Of a DNA stretch of 64,000 nucleotides, positions 18,634 to 32,550 are shown one piece after another. Each line of letters begins with the position of its first letter. Position 1 is the first letter of the stretch. Position numbers and translations under genes: made by a program. Below the pieces are notes generated by a model. The model made no database searches. It was not told where the DNA came from and worked only from the letters and a program-made list of their open reading frames with translations. This stretch comes from Macrostomum lignano. Lineage: Eukaryota. The DNA is taken from contig NIVC01001158.1 in the NCBI GenBank assembly GCA_002269645.1, positions 28,814 through 92,813 on the forward strand. Reading direction: 5' to 3'.

Positions 18634-19331
18634 NNNNNNNNNNNNNNNNNNNNNNNNNNNNNNNNNNNNNNNNNNNNNNNNNNNNNNNNNNNNNNNNNNN
18701 NNNNNNNNNNNNNNNNNNNNNNNNNNNNNNNNNNNNNNNNNNNNNNNNNNNNNNNNNNNNNNNNNNNNNNNNNNNNNNNNNNNNNNNNNNNNNNNNNNNN
18801 NNNNNNNNNNNNNNNNNNNNNNNNNNNNNNNNNNNNNNNNNNNNNNNNNNNNNNNNNNNNNNNNNNNNNNNNNNNNNNNNNNNNNNNNNNNNNNNNNNNN
18901 NNNNNNNNNNNNNNNNNNNNNNNNNNNNNNNNNNNNNNNNNNNNNNNNNNNNNNNNNNNNNNNNNNNNNNNNNNNNNNNNNNNNNNNNNNNNNNNNNNNN
19001 NNNNNNNNNNNNNNNNNNNNNNNNNNNNNNNNNNNNNNNNNNNNNNNNNNNNNNNNNNNNNNNNNNNNNNNNNNNNNNNNNNNNNNNNNNNNNNNNNNNN
19101 NNNNNNNNNNNNNNNNNNNNNNNNNNNNNNNNNNNNNNNNNNNNNNNNNNNNNNNNNNNNNNNNNNNNNNNNNNNNNNNNNNNNNNNNNNNNNNNNNNNN
19201 NNNNNNNNNNNNNNNNNNNNNNNNNNNNNNNNNNNNNNNNNNNNNNNNNNNNNNNNNNNNNNNNNNNNNNNNNNNNNNNNNNNNNNNNNNNNNNNNNNNN
19301 NNNNNNNNNNNNNNNNNNNNNNNNNNNNNNN
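18634..19331. other. Assembly gap (N run)
   Basis: Run of N. Confidence 1.
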
Positions 19332-19612
19332 CACCTGCACCTGAGGTGGCTGCACCTGCACCTGAGGTGGCTGCACCTGCACCTGAGGTGGCTGCACCTG
19401 CACCTGAGGTGGCTGCACCTGCACCTGAGGTGGCTGCACCTGCACCTGAGGTGGCTGCACCTGCACCTGAGGTGGCTGCACCTGCACCTGAGGTGGCTGC
19501 ACCTGCACCTGAGGTGGCTGCACCTGCACCTGAGGTGGCTGCACCTGCACCTGAGGTGGCTGCACCTGCACCTGAGGTGGCTGCACCTGCACCTGAGGTG
19601 GCTGCACCTGCG
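19332..19612. repeat. 21-bp coding tandem repeat (ctgcacctgcacctgaggtgg; PPQVQVQ on - strand)
   Basis: Perfect copies running into the gap. Confidence 0.95.
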
Positions 19613-22600
19613 GCTGTGACGCCTGCACTTGTGGTGGCGGTTGAGACTGCGCCACGCGCATCTGGTTTCCAGCATCTTCAGACACTATTTGCTGGTGCAT
19701 CGCTACCTGCATCTGCTGAGGCTGGGTGCGATTTCTGCTGCTGTTGCAGCTGCTTGATAGGGGATTCTAGCTTTGGGACAACTTGCTGATTCTGAGCAGG
19801 CAGCTGCTGTGACGGTTGCACATGCTGTTCCTGTAGACGAACCTGCTGTTGTTGAGGATGCATTTGTTGCTTCTGAGGACGAATCTGCTGTTGCTGCTGA
19901 GGCTGCATCTGCTGTTGCTGCTGAGGCTGCATCTGCTGTTGCTGAGGCTGCATCTGCTGTTGCTGCTGAGGCTGCATCTGCTGTTGCTGAGGACGAATCT
20001 GCTGTTGCTGCTGAGGCTGCATCTGCTGTTGCTGAGGCTGCATCTGCTGTTGCTGCTGAGGCTGCATCTGCTGTTGCTGAGGACGAATCTGCTGTTGCTG
20101 CTGAGGCTGCATCTGCTGTTGCTGCTGAGGCTGCATCTGCTGTTGCTGAGGACAAATCTGCTGTTGCTGCTGAGGACGAATCTGCTGTTGCTGCTGAGGA
20201 CGAATCTGCTGTTGCTGCTGAGGCTGCATCTGCTGTTGCTGAGGCTGCATCTGCTGTTGCTGCTGAGGACGAATCTGCTGTTGCTGCTGAGGACGAATCT
20301 GCTGTTGCTGAGGCTGCATCTGCTGTTGCTGAGGCTGCATCTGCTGTTGCTGCTGAGGACGAATCTGCTGTTGCTGCTGAGGCTGCATCTGCTGCTGCTG
20401 AGGCTGCATCTGCTGTTGCTGCTGAGGACGAATCTGCTGTTGCTGCTGAGGACGAATCTGCTGTTGCTGCTGAGGACGAATCTGCTGTTGCTGAGGCTGC
20501 ATCTGCTGTTGCCGCTGAGGACGAATCTGTTGTTGCTGCTGAGGCTGCATCTGCTGTTGCTGAGGCTGCATCTGCTGTTGCTGAGGCTGCATCTGCTGTT
20601 GCTGCTGAGGCTGCATCTGCTGTTGCTGAGGACGAATCTGCTGTTGCTGCTGAGGCTGCATCTGCTGTTGCTGAGGCTGCATCTGCTGTTGCTGAGGCTG
20701 CATCTGCTGTTGCTGCTGAGGCTGCATCTGCTGTTGCTGAGGACGAATCTGCTGTTGCTGCTGAGGCTGCATCTGCTGCTTCTGAGGCTGCTGCTGAGGC
20801 TGTTGCTGAGGCTGCTGCTGATGCTGTTGCTGAGGCTGCTGCTGAAGCTGTTGCTGATGCTGCGGAACCTGATTCTGCTGAGGTAGCCCGTGCTGCTGGG
20901 ATTCCAACATTCCTGCGTAATGCCCTCCTCGCAGGTTGGCCTGCACGTTGGTGTACATCAGCTCCGCTTGCTCAACCTCGGGATCACGGAACAGCCTCGC
21001 CTTCAGATCGGACTCTGTGAAATGAAGTCGCCAGTAGTTGAACGCCAGCTTCTGCGATTAAAATATAAAAAGATGAAACATTTTCGTACCCCGTTCAACG
21101 CGCAGAATGTCGGTCACTGACGGCTTCGGTCTATTGATTTTGCTCTCCAGTTCCTCCGATCGTTCCACCTTGCGCAGCTCCAATAGTCGCTTGAAGTTGG
21201 ACGCCTCTGTTAATAGGAAAACGAGGTTCTTTGCACTTTTTTGCAATTTGAGAGACGAACAAACACAGCTTTTCAGACGTATGATCATGACAAGCACATC
21301 TGCTTTTATGCAAGGGCTAAAACTTCTATGAATATCTTGCCAAAGTAAACCTGGGTCGGATTCCGTTAGAGCTTGTCATGCCATTCACGGCCACCGGAGG
21401 GCCATAACCCCAAGTGGTAATGTCAGGGCCGCTATGCACCCATGATGTGAGACAAACTAACTCACTCAGTAGACACTCATTTTCATGCATTTCAGGACAG
21501 AGACTGAACAATATGATCCGAGCAACATCTCCCTGCAAGGCTGCTCACCCGGTTCCACGTGCTTCAGCTCAGGCCTAAAGTCTTCAACGGGCATGACTGT
21601 CAGAGTGGCTTCGGCGAAGATCTGGCCGAGAGGGTTGCGAGCGAGCACGCGCAACCGAGTGTCGCCGATGTCCTTGCAGCGCAGGATCTCAAAGTAGTTG
21701 ATCGAGCCATCGTGGTACACCTTGCAGTTCGAAGTCTGGAAGTTATTAAAATATTCGTTTCCGAGTGAATGTGAAGAACAAACGAAAAATGGTAAAATCT
21801 GGTAGATTTATGCGCTTGAAAAGCAGCAACATAAGCAGTGCACAGTCACTTCAATTAAACAATAAGTTTTGCACCTGTTCTTACAGTAATTCTATACATT
21901 TTACATTTACAACATTGAGTACTATAAACGAAATTCAATTTGGGTAAGCAACTCTAACACTGAAGCACACGACTATTTGGGCGTTCTACAATTCATATCT
22001 GTGATAATAGTGCGAAAATACAATAAAGTCACCACTTAGCAAAGCGCTTTTCGCAGCTGATGGGGCAGGATGCATAATTAACAACAAAATTTGTCTAAAT
22101 TTTCTTCCGTCGAACGCCTCTATTGAAGCTGAAGCTAGATTTTTTACAAAGCCGTGCGCTCCTTTTGCCGCTGCGACGCAAAAAAATCAATAGTTTATAC
22201 TGACTACTAGCAGTAGATTACTCGAATGTGCACACTAATGCAATATAAGCAGCCTTACATCGCTTGTGTCAATGTTATTGCTGACACTTTCAGTTTCATT
22301 AACCTCGTCCGAGTCCTGTTAGGAAAAGTGGAGCTTGACAAGTTGGAAATGTATTGTGTAAGTTTATATAAAAAAAATTGTTATTCACACGAGGTAAAAT
22401 TTAAAAGCAAAGGGAAACAGAAAAGTAATTAACACGACTGTGCAATCAAATTGAGCTGATGGACTTCATCAACGGCACAACCGAGTTCAGTGACATCAAA
22501 ATTGTGACAGTTTCTATCACGTCAAGACAATTGCATTGAAATCGAGACAGTTGCATAAAAATCAAGACAGTTGCACCAATGTCAAGACAGTTGCACGAAC

Positions 22601-25600
22601 GTCAAGACAGTTGCACCAATGTCAAGACAGTTGCACGAACGTCAAGACAGTTGCACCAATGTCAAGACAGTTACACCAATGTCAAGACAGTTGCACCAAT
22701 ATCAAGACAGTTGCACCAATGTCACGACAGTTGCACGAACGTCATGACAGTTGCACCATCAACGACACGACAGTTGCACCAACATCAAGCCAGTTGCATT
22801 AAAATGAAGACAGTTGCGCCAAAATCAAGACAGTTGCACCAACGTCAAGACAGCTGCACCAACATCAAGAAATTTGCACCGACATCAAGACCGCCACAAC
22901 TTTAATCGAGCTATAAGTAACCACTTTCATCCAATAAAATTGTGACTGCGACCGTAGCTTAGAGACAGACACGGTGCCACGTGTTGGACACCTTTGCAGT
23001 CAAGACACAAGACATAAGACACAAGATAAATCGTCATCTTTACGAAACTAATGGTACATAGTGAAAGATACAGCGGTTGCCATATTGTTTCAGATTCATC
23101 AAAGGTAAATAAGGCTGGTGATGCAGGTTAGGGTTATGGTACGGATTGTTGTTTGGTATTTCATAACGCGAACGATCATGTACATCATAGGTTTGTATTA
23201 CGAGCAAAAATACATATGTAGTTTCAACTAGAAGAGCAAGACAGAAGTATCTTGTTGTGTCTCAAGCGATGAGTATAATGACAAGTAGCTATAGTATCAT
23301 CTATTCAACGGTATGATAAAATCCAAGGGCTTACGGAAGCAATCATCTGCTCGTTAAGATACCAGGCCACTCGAGGCCTTGGCAAACCGCTGAGCTTCAC
23401 CAGAAACTTTGCCGGATAGCCTTCGCATACGGTTACGGACTCCGGCATGATGTCGAAGTGAGGCTGAGACTGCGGCTCAACAAATTCGCGGAATTGAAAC
23501 TCCTCGGGTCCGATCGGAGCCCTGGAGGTTGCGGGTGTTTCATTTAAAGTGAATTTCGAGCGCGTTTGTACAGAATTTACAGATCTTTACGAGGGGAGAA
23601 AGTCTATGCCACAGAAGAACTTTTACAATCTGAATGATTCCTACGTATTTAGACGCCAACCGAAGGACGTCCAGCAAATTTTTGGACTGTAAATTAGCCG
23701 CCCAGAAACTGTAACTCACTCTCTCCACTGTCGCTCAAGATCCTCTAGCCGTTGAAAGCCCTGTGCACCTCCGGGTAACTGCGTTCGCGTCACCACCGAC
23801 TCGCTCGCGTGGCACAGTACGGCGACTCGGTTGCTTTCAACTGCGCCAGACCGATTGCGCACCACCGCCCAGTACTGGCCGGAGTCTTCGGCATAGCAGT
23901 GCCCGATCTGCAACCAGGCAAGACCCCTCTCGCAGTCGGTGTGCACCCGCGAGCCCAGCGTCACCGCTTGGCCGTCCTTCAACCAGTCGACGCTCAGGTT
24001 GCCGTCTCTGGCCGGCTCAATCTGCAGTTTTGTGAGTTTTAATTTTACCAATCTGTTTTTAGTAAAGAAAGTGAGTAAAATTTCTGTGTTTCTACTCGCG
24101 ACGGTAGTCTAAGACCACGTGATAAGATGCTAAAATAAAACTATCATTAGAAGAGATTCTACCATGGCTAAACGATAACCGAACGCTATACGCTCATTTT
24201 TCAACGCTTTGAAATCGTTATTCAAGGCTACTAAAGATACGAACACATTAATGAGCCAATGTCTGCCTCCAAAACCACAGACAAAATCTATCATTATACC
24301 ATAGACGATACCATAGAACCATACCATACCATAGAACACAAAAACACCAACGATACGACAGCTACTCGTAGGCATGCGTTCCTTACCGAATTCCAGCTCA
24401 TTTCTAAGAAAATCGTCCTTTTTTGACACTGTCGCAAATCAAGGCGCGGAGGCAAGCAGTTTAGCCAATTACACTGACACCTGAGCATTCTCACAGGTTG
24501 TATAGTGGGCCTAAACTTCTTATCATCAGGCATGTGTACACTGTGCCTCTGTGGTCGGCCCCCATGTGGTATTACTGTAAATGCGTAAGTCAGATGAAAA
24601 GCACGTCACCGCGCTCCAAATCGACCCCGGGAATTTCGCACGATGCGTCACCGCTGCCAAAAAGTGTCAACGTCCCTTACTTAAGTAGTTGAATCCTCAC
24701 CTGCAGCTGCAGACCCAATCGTTCGCCCTCCTTGAGCTCCGGCGGCTGCACCAGACCCCTGACAATGACTGGCGGCGGTTGCTGCTGAGCATCAGCGCCA
24801 GGCATCGCGGCTCGTCCAGTCGCCATCTCCTCCTCCAGCTGCATCAGACTGCGGATGCTGTGCTCCGCGTTGCCCGGCAACTGCGATGACGTCACCACGC
24901 CGGTGCCGCCGGGTTGGCAGACAAGTTGAGCAGCAGTGCTCTGTGCCTGGCCGTGCTCGCTCTCCAGCACGGCGCAGTACGTGCCGCTGTCCTCCGAGTT
25001 CACGTAGGCAAATTTTAGCCAAGCTAGCCCGAGTTCGAATCCTGCCGTGATTCGGGAGCCGAATTGGACCAGGACGCCGTCGCAAAACCAGTGCGCCTGC
25101 ACCCGGTTACCGTTGCCGGGGTCGGCCCGGGCTGAGAACGCAGCAGGGGCCGCCGCCTCCGGCACCTGCAGCTGCGCTGGGCTTAGCGGGGCCAGGAAGC
25201 GTGGCGGGTCGGCGCGGCGAAGATCGGCGTCCATCCTGCGGGTGCGTGTTGCCAATCGGGTGCACAAAATGTTATCTTTCACTCACCATCAGCAATTTTT
25301 TACTCATTATCTCTAGTATAGCTCATCGCTACACCCACCGATTGCTAATCGCTTCACCCACCGATTGCTCATCGCTTCACCCACCGATTGCTCATCGCTA
25401 CACCCACCGATTGCTCATCGCTGCACCCACCGATTGCTAATCGCTTCACCCACCGATTGCTAATCGCTTCACCCACCGATTGCTAATCGCTTCACCCACC
25501 GATTGCTCATCGCTACACCCACCGATTGCTCATCGCTTCACCCACCGATTGCTCATCGCTTCACCCACCGATTGCTCATCGCTTCACCCACCGATTGCTC

Positions 25601-27981
25601 ATCGCTTCACCCACCGATTGCTCATCGCTTCATCCACCGATTGCTCATCGCTTCACCCACCGATTGTTTATCGCTTCATCCACCGATTGCTCATCGCTTC
25701 ACCCACCGATCGCTCGTCGCTTCACCCACCGATTGCTCATCGCTTCATCCACCGATTGCTCATCGCTACACCCACCGATTGCTCATCGCTACACCCACCG
25801 ATTGCTCATCGCTTCATCCACCGATTGCTCATCGCTACACCCACCGATTGCTCATCGCTTCACCCACCGATTGCTCATTGCTACACCCACCGATTGCTCA
25901 TCGCTACACCCACCGATTGCTCATCGCTTCACCCACCTATTGCTCATCGCTACACCCACCGATCGCTCATCGCTACACCCACCGATCGCTCATCGCTACA
26001 CCCACCGATCGCTCATCGCTACACCCACCGTTCATTCCCCAACCAGGGCACTCACGGTCTGAACTCTTCCCCGTACTCCTCCAGTCGTTGAATGTTCATC
26101 ACCGAGCTCGCTGGCAGAGCAGATGCGGTCACCACCCCAGCAGAGCCAGAGCAGCTGTGAATGATTGTTTTTTTGAACGATTTGACTCAAGTATTCGATG
26201 TTACTGCCACTAACTCGACTCCACTCATGACTCACCTCAGCTGAGCCGTGTTGCTCTGAGCCGAGCCGTGTTTATTCGTTGCCAAGCAACAATAGAGGCC
26301 ACTGTCCTCCGGGTAGCAATAGATCATCTCCAGTGCCGTGTAGCCTCTATCGTACACTGCCCGAATTCTCGAGCCTAAAGTTACCGGGACTCCATTCTTA
26401 TACCATTCCACCTGGATGTTTGAGTCCGCCGCCGGCGTCACTCGGGTCTCGAATCGTACGCTGGAGTTCTCTGCGACCACCGCGCTATCAATCTGGCGGA
26501 CAAACTGAGGCGCCGATTGCGGGATTCGATCGTCATAGTCCTGGCGGGTGCTGCGGGCGCTCAGACGCTCGTCCAGACGGTCGATGTTGGCCACCATGGA
26601 CTGCTCGGGCAACTGGGTGTCCGTCACAACGCCCTCCTCGGCTACGACCCTGGCAGTTTCGGTAAATTTGAGCATATTTTGAATTTCTCAGGCGTTGTGA
26701 AATCAGGGGTTTTCAGCTTGTGGATATTGGGGCCCAGGTTGTGAAAGTCAGACCTCGGCCTGGAACTCACGTCAGCGACATCGGGTTGCTCTGGTCCATA
26801 CCGAAGCTGCTGCGCACCACGCAAGAGTACTCGCCGCTGTCCTCCGGGTAGGTGTGCAGGATGTCCAACGAAACGTAGCCACGTTCGAATGTCGTGTTCA
26901 ATCGCGAGCCTGGGGGAGGGTCGAAGACAGACCGCCGGGTGCTTGACGGGCTGCTTACACAATATTTAACACAACATGCGTAGGTAATGCAAGTTTTTTA
27001 AAGTCTGTCGAATATCCAATTCGAAAGTAAATCAGATGACATCAGATATGGTATTCTCTGACCACGGTCGGGTTAAGACACAAGTTCAGCAGTCATTGTC
27101 AGTCATTGTATCTTTTGTTTACTTGTCAGATGGTCTCTTCTAAATTCTATTTTGCATCTTATAAAATAAAAAACTCCGGTCTCTCCATCCGGCCCTCAGG
27201 ACGGTTGAAACATCACAATAGCAATCCTGCCATGCAGCTAAGGGTTTGTGTCTCTTCTCAGCTCCTTTCTCTCATCTCTCCTCTTTTCTCTCATCTCTCT
27301 TCCTCTATTCCCTCCTCTTTCCACTCTTATCTGGCCTAGAGCCATTCTGTGCACTATTGAGAAAATTTTGCAAAATAAAAAAGGACAGGCATCGGCTCAC
27401 CAGCATTGAGTGGCAGGCCGTCCTTGCACCACTCAGCCTGCATCGAGCTGTCATTCAACGGAGCCACTCGACAGTCGATTCTAACTGCGGCGCCTTCGCT
27501 TACGCTGGCAGACGGCCGCGGCTGGCGCACAAACCTGGGTGCCTCGCCAACTGCACCTTGGCGATGCTGCTGCTGCTGCTGCTGCTGCTTCTCGTTGAAA
27601 GTAGCCGACCGACTGAGCTCGCCATTTATGTCGAATCCAGTTGGGGCCGGACTCAGCTGTTGCTGGTACTGCTGCGGCTGTTGCTGGTACTGCTGCGGCT
27701 GTTGCTGGTACTGCTGCGGCTGTTGCTGGTACTGCTGCGGCTGTTGCTGGTACTGCTGCGGCTGTTGCTGGTACTGCTGCGGCTGTTGCTGGTACTGCTG
27801 CAGCTGTTGCTGGTACTGCTGCGGCTGTTGCTGGTACTGCTGCGGCTGTTGCTGGTACTGCTGCGGCTGTTGCTGGTACTGCTGCGGCTGTTGCTGGTAC
27901 TGCGGTGACTCCATGCTTGAATTGATGAAGCGCAACACCAATTTCCGGCGCAACTGTTGCTTCACGCGGATTCTGTTTTAG
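19332..27981 (-). CDS. Titin/kettin-like multi-exon I-set Ig-domain protein with Gln-rich repeat exons (partial)
   Basis: Approximate exons: 27385-27980 (QQPQQY repeats; APRFVRQP...EWCKDG), 26770-26910, 26237-26665 (APQFVRQI...EWYKNG...PEDSGLYCC), 26055-26140, 24700-25255 (PPRFLAPL...EDSGTYC), 23717-24025 (WLKDG...EDSGQY), 23335-23520, 21545-21740 and 19332-21010 (MQPQQQQ/IRPQQQQ, PPQVQVQ). GT/AG boundaries were seen for several of these. Confidence 0.8.
22520..22890. repeat. Intronic 20-bp minisatellite (gtcaagacagttgcaccaat)
   Basis: Direct reading. Confidence 0.9.
25320..26030. repeat. Intronic 23-bp minisatellite (cacccaccgattgctcatcgctt/a)
   Basis: About 30 copies, direct reading. Confidence 0.95.
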
Positions 27982-29019
27982 ACCAGCTTGTCTACAGGTA
28001 TACCCCGGGCAACACCCCTCCCTCAATCAGTTTCTGCCTTTCCTTTACAAAGTCTACCTGAACTGCACAGACAGCCACGGCAGCCACATCCAGCGCCAAG
28101 GCACCATCAGCTTGATGTCATCGATCCTCGAAGCTCTGGACGCAGACTGGTGGGGGTTGGTTGGTGTTCGTTGCTTCCCTCTTCCCCCGCTGCTGGCTTT
28201 CCCTGCCCCATCCCTCAGAGCGAAGAACAGAGCCGGATTTCACTATAGACAGGACGCAACCAAACGCGGTTAGCGAAAGGTCGATCTATTGCCTGATCCT
28301 GCATGGCTGTTCTCCCTGTCCAGGCTAAAGTTCAGCGCCCGCGGAACACACGCGCAGCACACGACCCCACGTACACCACCCCCAACCCGCCGACCGCCGA
28401 TATCCCATTCAAACCTCTGGGATGGTCAGAACGGAAAGGCCAAGCGTAACTCCGCCTAAAAGCAGAGATGTTGCAGATCCTTACGCGCAGCTCCAGCTCG
28501 CATTTGAACTTTGCATTCTTTTATTCTTGAACCGATGGCTTTTCTTGTCTATCAGGTGCTGCTTTGCCTCTTGGGGACATCGTAAGGTTTTGTATGGCAA
28601 AAGTTCTCTGAAAAAATGATATTTTCGACTAGAAGGGCGAAAAGTTTCAACACCTTGTCCATAGAAATTTGAGTTTTGACCATGCATAATATAATACGCT
28701 CGTACTTGTACTAATATAATATATAATAGATTACACCTATTGTTGGGCAGACGTGCAACCGACAGCTCAGCCGCAGCTATTGCGCGGCGCATCTGAAGAC
28801 TGCAATAAGGGATGCAGAATCAAGTGCATTGGAGCCCCCTACAGACTAAGAAGGTTAGTTAACAATATCCTACCTCTATAGCTCTAGCACTCCGAGATGT
28901 GATTCACAATGTGGAATCTATGATTCACGATGTGGGATCTGTTGTTCACAACGTAGAATCTTTCTTTCACAACGTGGCAGTTGTGATTCCCGATGTAGCA
29001 TTTGTGATTAACTGTTTAG

Positions 29020-30212
29020 TATCTGTGATTCACACTGTAGTATCTGTGACTCACACGGTAGTATCTGTGATTCCCACTGTAGTATATGTGATGCAAACTG
29101 TAGCATGTGTGATTCCCACCGTAGTATATGTGATTCCCACTGTAGAATGTTATTCCCACTGTAGTATCTGTGATTCACATTGTAGTATCTGTGATTCCCA
29201 CTGTACTATCTGTGATTCCCACTGTAGTATCTGTGATTCCCATTGTAGTATCTGTGATTCACACTGCAGTATCTGTGATTCCCATTGTAGTATCTGTGAT
29301 TCACACTGCAGTATCTGTGATTCCCATTGTAGTATCTGTGATTCCCACTGCAGTATCTGTGATTCCCACTGCAGTATCTGTGATTCCCACTGCAGTATCT
29401 GTGATTCCCACTGCAGTATCTGTGATTCCCACTGCAGTATCTGTGATTCCCACTGCAGTATCTGTGATTCACATTGTAGTATCTGTGATTCCCACTGTAC
29501 TATCTGTGATTCCCACTGTAGTATCTGTGATTCCCATTGTAGTATCTGTGATTCACACTGCAGTATCTGTGATTCCCATTGTAGTATCTGTGATTCCCAC
29601 TGCAGTATCTGTGATTCCCACTGCAGTATCTGTGATTCCCACTGTAGTATCTGTGATTCCCACTGCAGTATCTGTGATTCCCACTGCAGTATCTGTGATT
29701 CACATTGTAGTATCTGTGATTCCCACTGTAGTATCTGTGATTCACACTTTAGTATCTGTGATTCACACTGTAGTATCTGTGATTCACACTGTAGTAACTG
29801 TGATTCACACTTTAGTATCTGTGATTCACACTTTAGTATCTGTGATTCACACTTTAGTATCTGTGATTCACACTGTAGTATCTGTGATTCACACTGTAGT
29901 ATCTGTGATTCACACTTTAGTATCTGTGATTCACACTTTAGTATCTGTGATTCACACTGTAGTAACTGTGATTCACACTTTAGTATCTGTGATTCGCACT
30001 GTAGTATCTGTGATTCACACTTTAGTATCTGTGATTCACACTGTAGTATCTGTGATTCACACTGTAGTAACTGTGATTCACACTGTAGTATCTGTGATTC
30101 ACACTTTAGTATCTGTGATTCACACTTTAGTATCTGTGATTCACACTGTAGTATCTGTGATTCACACTGTAGTATCTGTGATTCACACTGTAGTATCTGT
30201 GATTCACACTTT
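29020..30212. repeat. 21-bp minisatellite (tgtagtatctgtgattcccac and variants)
   Basis: Direct reading. Confidence 0.95.
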
Positions 30213-30814
30213 GGATCTAGGTTTCACACTTTATTCACGTAAAAATTTTGCTTAATAGCATATTTGTTATGATTAAAAATTTTCACAAACGTCTTGCAAT
30301 AAAAAATTTTTTTTTGCTTTCGTCAATCCTGAACAAGAAATTTTGATTGACAATCAGAAATTTCATTTCTGGTAACCTGTCTTCCCGGAAATTAACGAAT
30401 TTCTGTGTCCGGAAGAGAGCCAGGAGGTCGGACCTCGGCTTGCAGTGTTGCCAGGAACAAAGGAGCAAAAATCTGACAACTTGCATCGGAACAGCTGATA
30501 GAAAATTTCATAGTCTCATTCCGGGAAACCATCACGGTTTGCGTGTGAAAGTGACTAGATAAGGCAAAACTGCCAGTCTGTCGGTTACACCTGTCAACTT
30601 CAATTAATCAAACTGAGGATGGTAACTTTCCGCTTTGGTTATTCCTGTACCACTTTCTCTCTCCTCTCTCTCCGAGCGGTTGCCTGCAATTAGCCAAGCA
30701 AGCATTGCTCAGGTAAAAAGTAGATAAAAGTTGCCTAGAGAGGGACAGCCTGGATGCTATCCACTTTTTGGTGGTGGGTACAATATAAAACTGAAGCTGC
30801 TCAAAAAAAATACT

Positions 30815-31258
30815 CCGTGAATCTGTGAATCTCACTCTCTGTGAATCTCACTCTCTGTGAAGCTCTCTCTGTAAATCTCACTCTCTGTGAATCCCACTCT
30901 GTGATTCTCACTCTCTGTGATTCTTACTCTCTGTGAATCTCACTCTCTGTGAATCTCACTCTCTGTGAATCTCACTCTCTGTGAATCTCACTCCTATGTG
31001 AATCTCACTCTGTGAATATCACTCTCTGTGAATCTCTGAATCTCACTCTCTGTGAATCTCACTCTCTGTGAATCTCACTCCTATGTGAATCTCACTCTGT
31101 GAATATCACTCTCTGTGAATCTCTGAATCTCACTCTCTGTGAATCTCACTCTCTGTGAATCTCACTCTGTGTGAATCTCACTCTCTGTGAATCTCACTCT
31201 CTGTGAATCTCACTCTCTGTGGATCTCACTCTCTGTGAATTTCACTCTGTGAATTTCA
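30815..31258. repeat. 16-bp minisatellite (gtgaatctcactctct)
   Basis: Direct reading. Confidence 0.9.
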
Positions 31259-31286
31259 CTCGTTAGAATTCATGTCACAGTTGAGG

Positions 31287-31467
31287 TCCCAGTATTTCCC
31301 AATTTCACTACTGATATCCCAGTATTTCACAATCTCACTACTGATATCCCAGTATTTCACAATCTCACTACTGAGATCCCAGTATTTCACAATCTCACTA
31401 CTGAGATCCCAGTATTTCACAATCTCACTACTGAGATCCCAGTATTTCACAATCTCACTACTGAGAA
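31287..31467. repeat. 30-bp tandem repeat (cccagtatttcacaatctcactactgagat), ~6 copies
   Basis: Direct reading. Confidence 0.9.
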
Positions 31468-31985
31468 TCTTCATTCCTCAAATCTCGTTCCGAAGTATTT
31501 CAATCCTCAAAATCTCGCTCTTGAGAATTGTAAACATCAAAATCCACTCCTGGAGAATATTTTTTGTTAAATCTCGTTTCTAAGAATTGCAATCTTAAAA
31601 ATATCACTCCTGAGACCCTAGCCATGTGTTCGAATCTCTAGTTAGTTCACCGCTCGGAGCTCGTTAGACACAGACTGTCCTTAGCCAACCAACTCCCAGC
31701 CAGCATCCCAGAGTTTGAGTCGAAATTGCATCCAGCCAATACGACCGCTGCATCCCAAGGAAGGATGGGTTGACACTTGGGATAAAACCGCGGCAATCTT
31801 CACCGAGAAGACGCTGCTTCTTCTCCTCTAAAGCCTGAAATCTTCTTGAAGACTTTCTGTTTGCAACTCTTGCAGCAAATCAATTTCAAGGTAAAAGCTT
31901 TGGTTCCTGTCATGCACTAATAGCAAGTGCATACAAAAGGTTGACTCATATACCCACCGAATTTTCAGGCAAAAACTGTCAAAGC

Positions 31986-32550
31986 ATGAAGGTCGCCGCT
32001 ATGATCGCTTTCATTGCTGTAGCAGTGTTGGTCACTGTTCAGCTCACAGGTCGGTTATACACCATCGATTGTTACTCGTATTAAAATTGATTTGAAGTTC
32101 TAAGAAACCAATCGGTTTTGTTGCATCCCAGACGCCTCCCTGGTGGAGGAGGGTCCGAACAGCCATCAGATGTTCCGCTTCAAGAAGGGATTTCACTTCT
32201 TCCGACTGCGCAAATCTGCCGACGCTGCCCAGGGCTGCATGATTAACGACAACGCCTTGGAAGGGATGGAGATGGTGGTTGTGAGTTAAAACTGCTTCAT
32301 TTACCCTGTCAACCATTTATCAATCAGAATGCAGCTTCTCGAGCGTCATCAGAACTGTATCAATAAATCAAATTCTAGGGCTGCTTTTAAAGGAACTGTC
32401 ATGAAAGAGTTGTCAGACAGTAACTCAGTCAGTGCTAAACCGTAATCTTTCTTTTTCGTCGTTAATTTGCAGAAAGCGGCCCGCTCTGGAAAGCTGTGCA
32501 ACCAGGACAAGCAGATGCTCAGGGTGTTCCTGGCCAGCTTGCTGCTGTGA
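31986..32550 (+). CDS. Secreted neuropeptide/prohormone precursor, 96 aa, 3 coding exons
   Basis: Exons 31986-32049, 32132-32280 and 32473-32550 (GT..AG, phases fit) give MKVAAMIAFIAVAVLVTVQLTDASLVEEGPNSHQMFRFKKGFHFFRLRKSADAAQGCMINDNALEGMEMVVKAARSGKLCNQDKQMLRVFLASLLL. It has a signal peptide, KK-GFHFFRL-RK and a Cys pair. Confidence 0.8.

Noticed and set aside
18588-19789. Long ORFs spanning 18.6-19.8 kb
   Set aside because: They are artefacts of translating through the N gap.
19703-21020. Ala-rich, Leu-rich and antisense ORFs over the Gln repeat
   Set aside because: Alternative frames of the same coding repeat; the Gln frame matches the strand of the Ig-domain gene.
28899-30255. Cys/His-rich 447-aa ORF (CSICDSH)n resembling a metal-binding protein
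   Set aside because: It is entirely a 21-bp minisatellite that is open in multiple frames, with no splice or start context.
25320-31467. Regular short repeat arrays as possible CRISPR arrays
   Set aside because: Units are contiguous with no unique spacers, there are no cas genes, and the context is eukaryotic.
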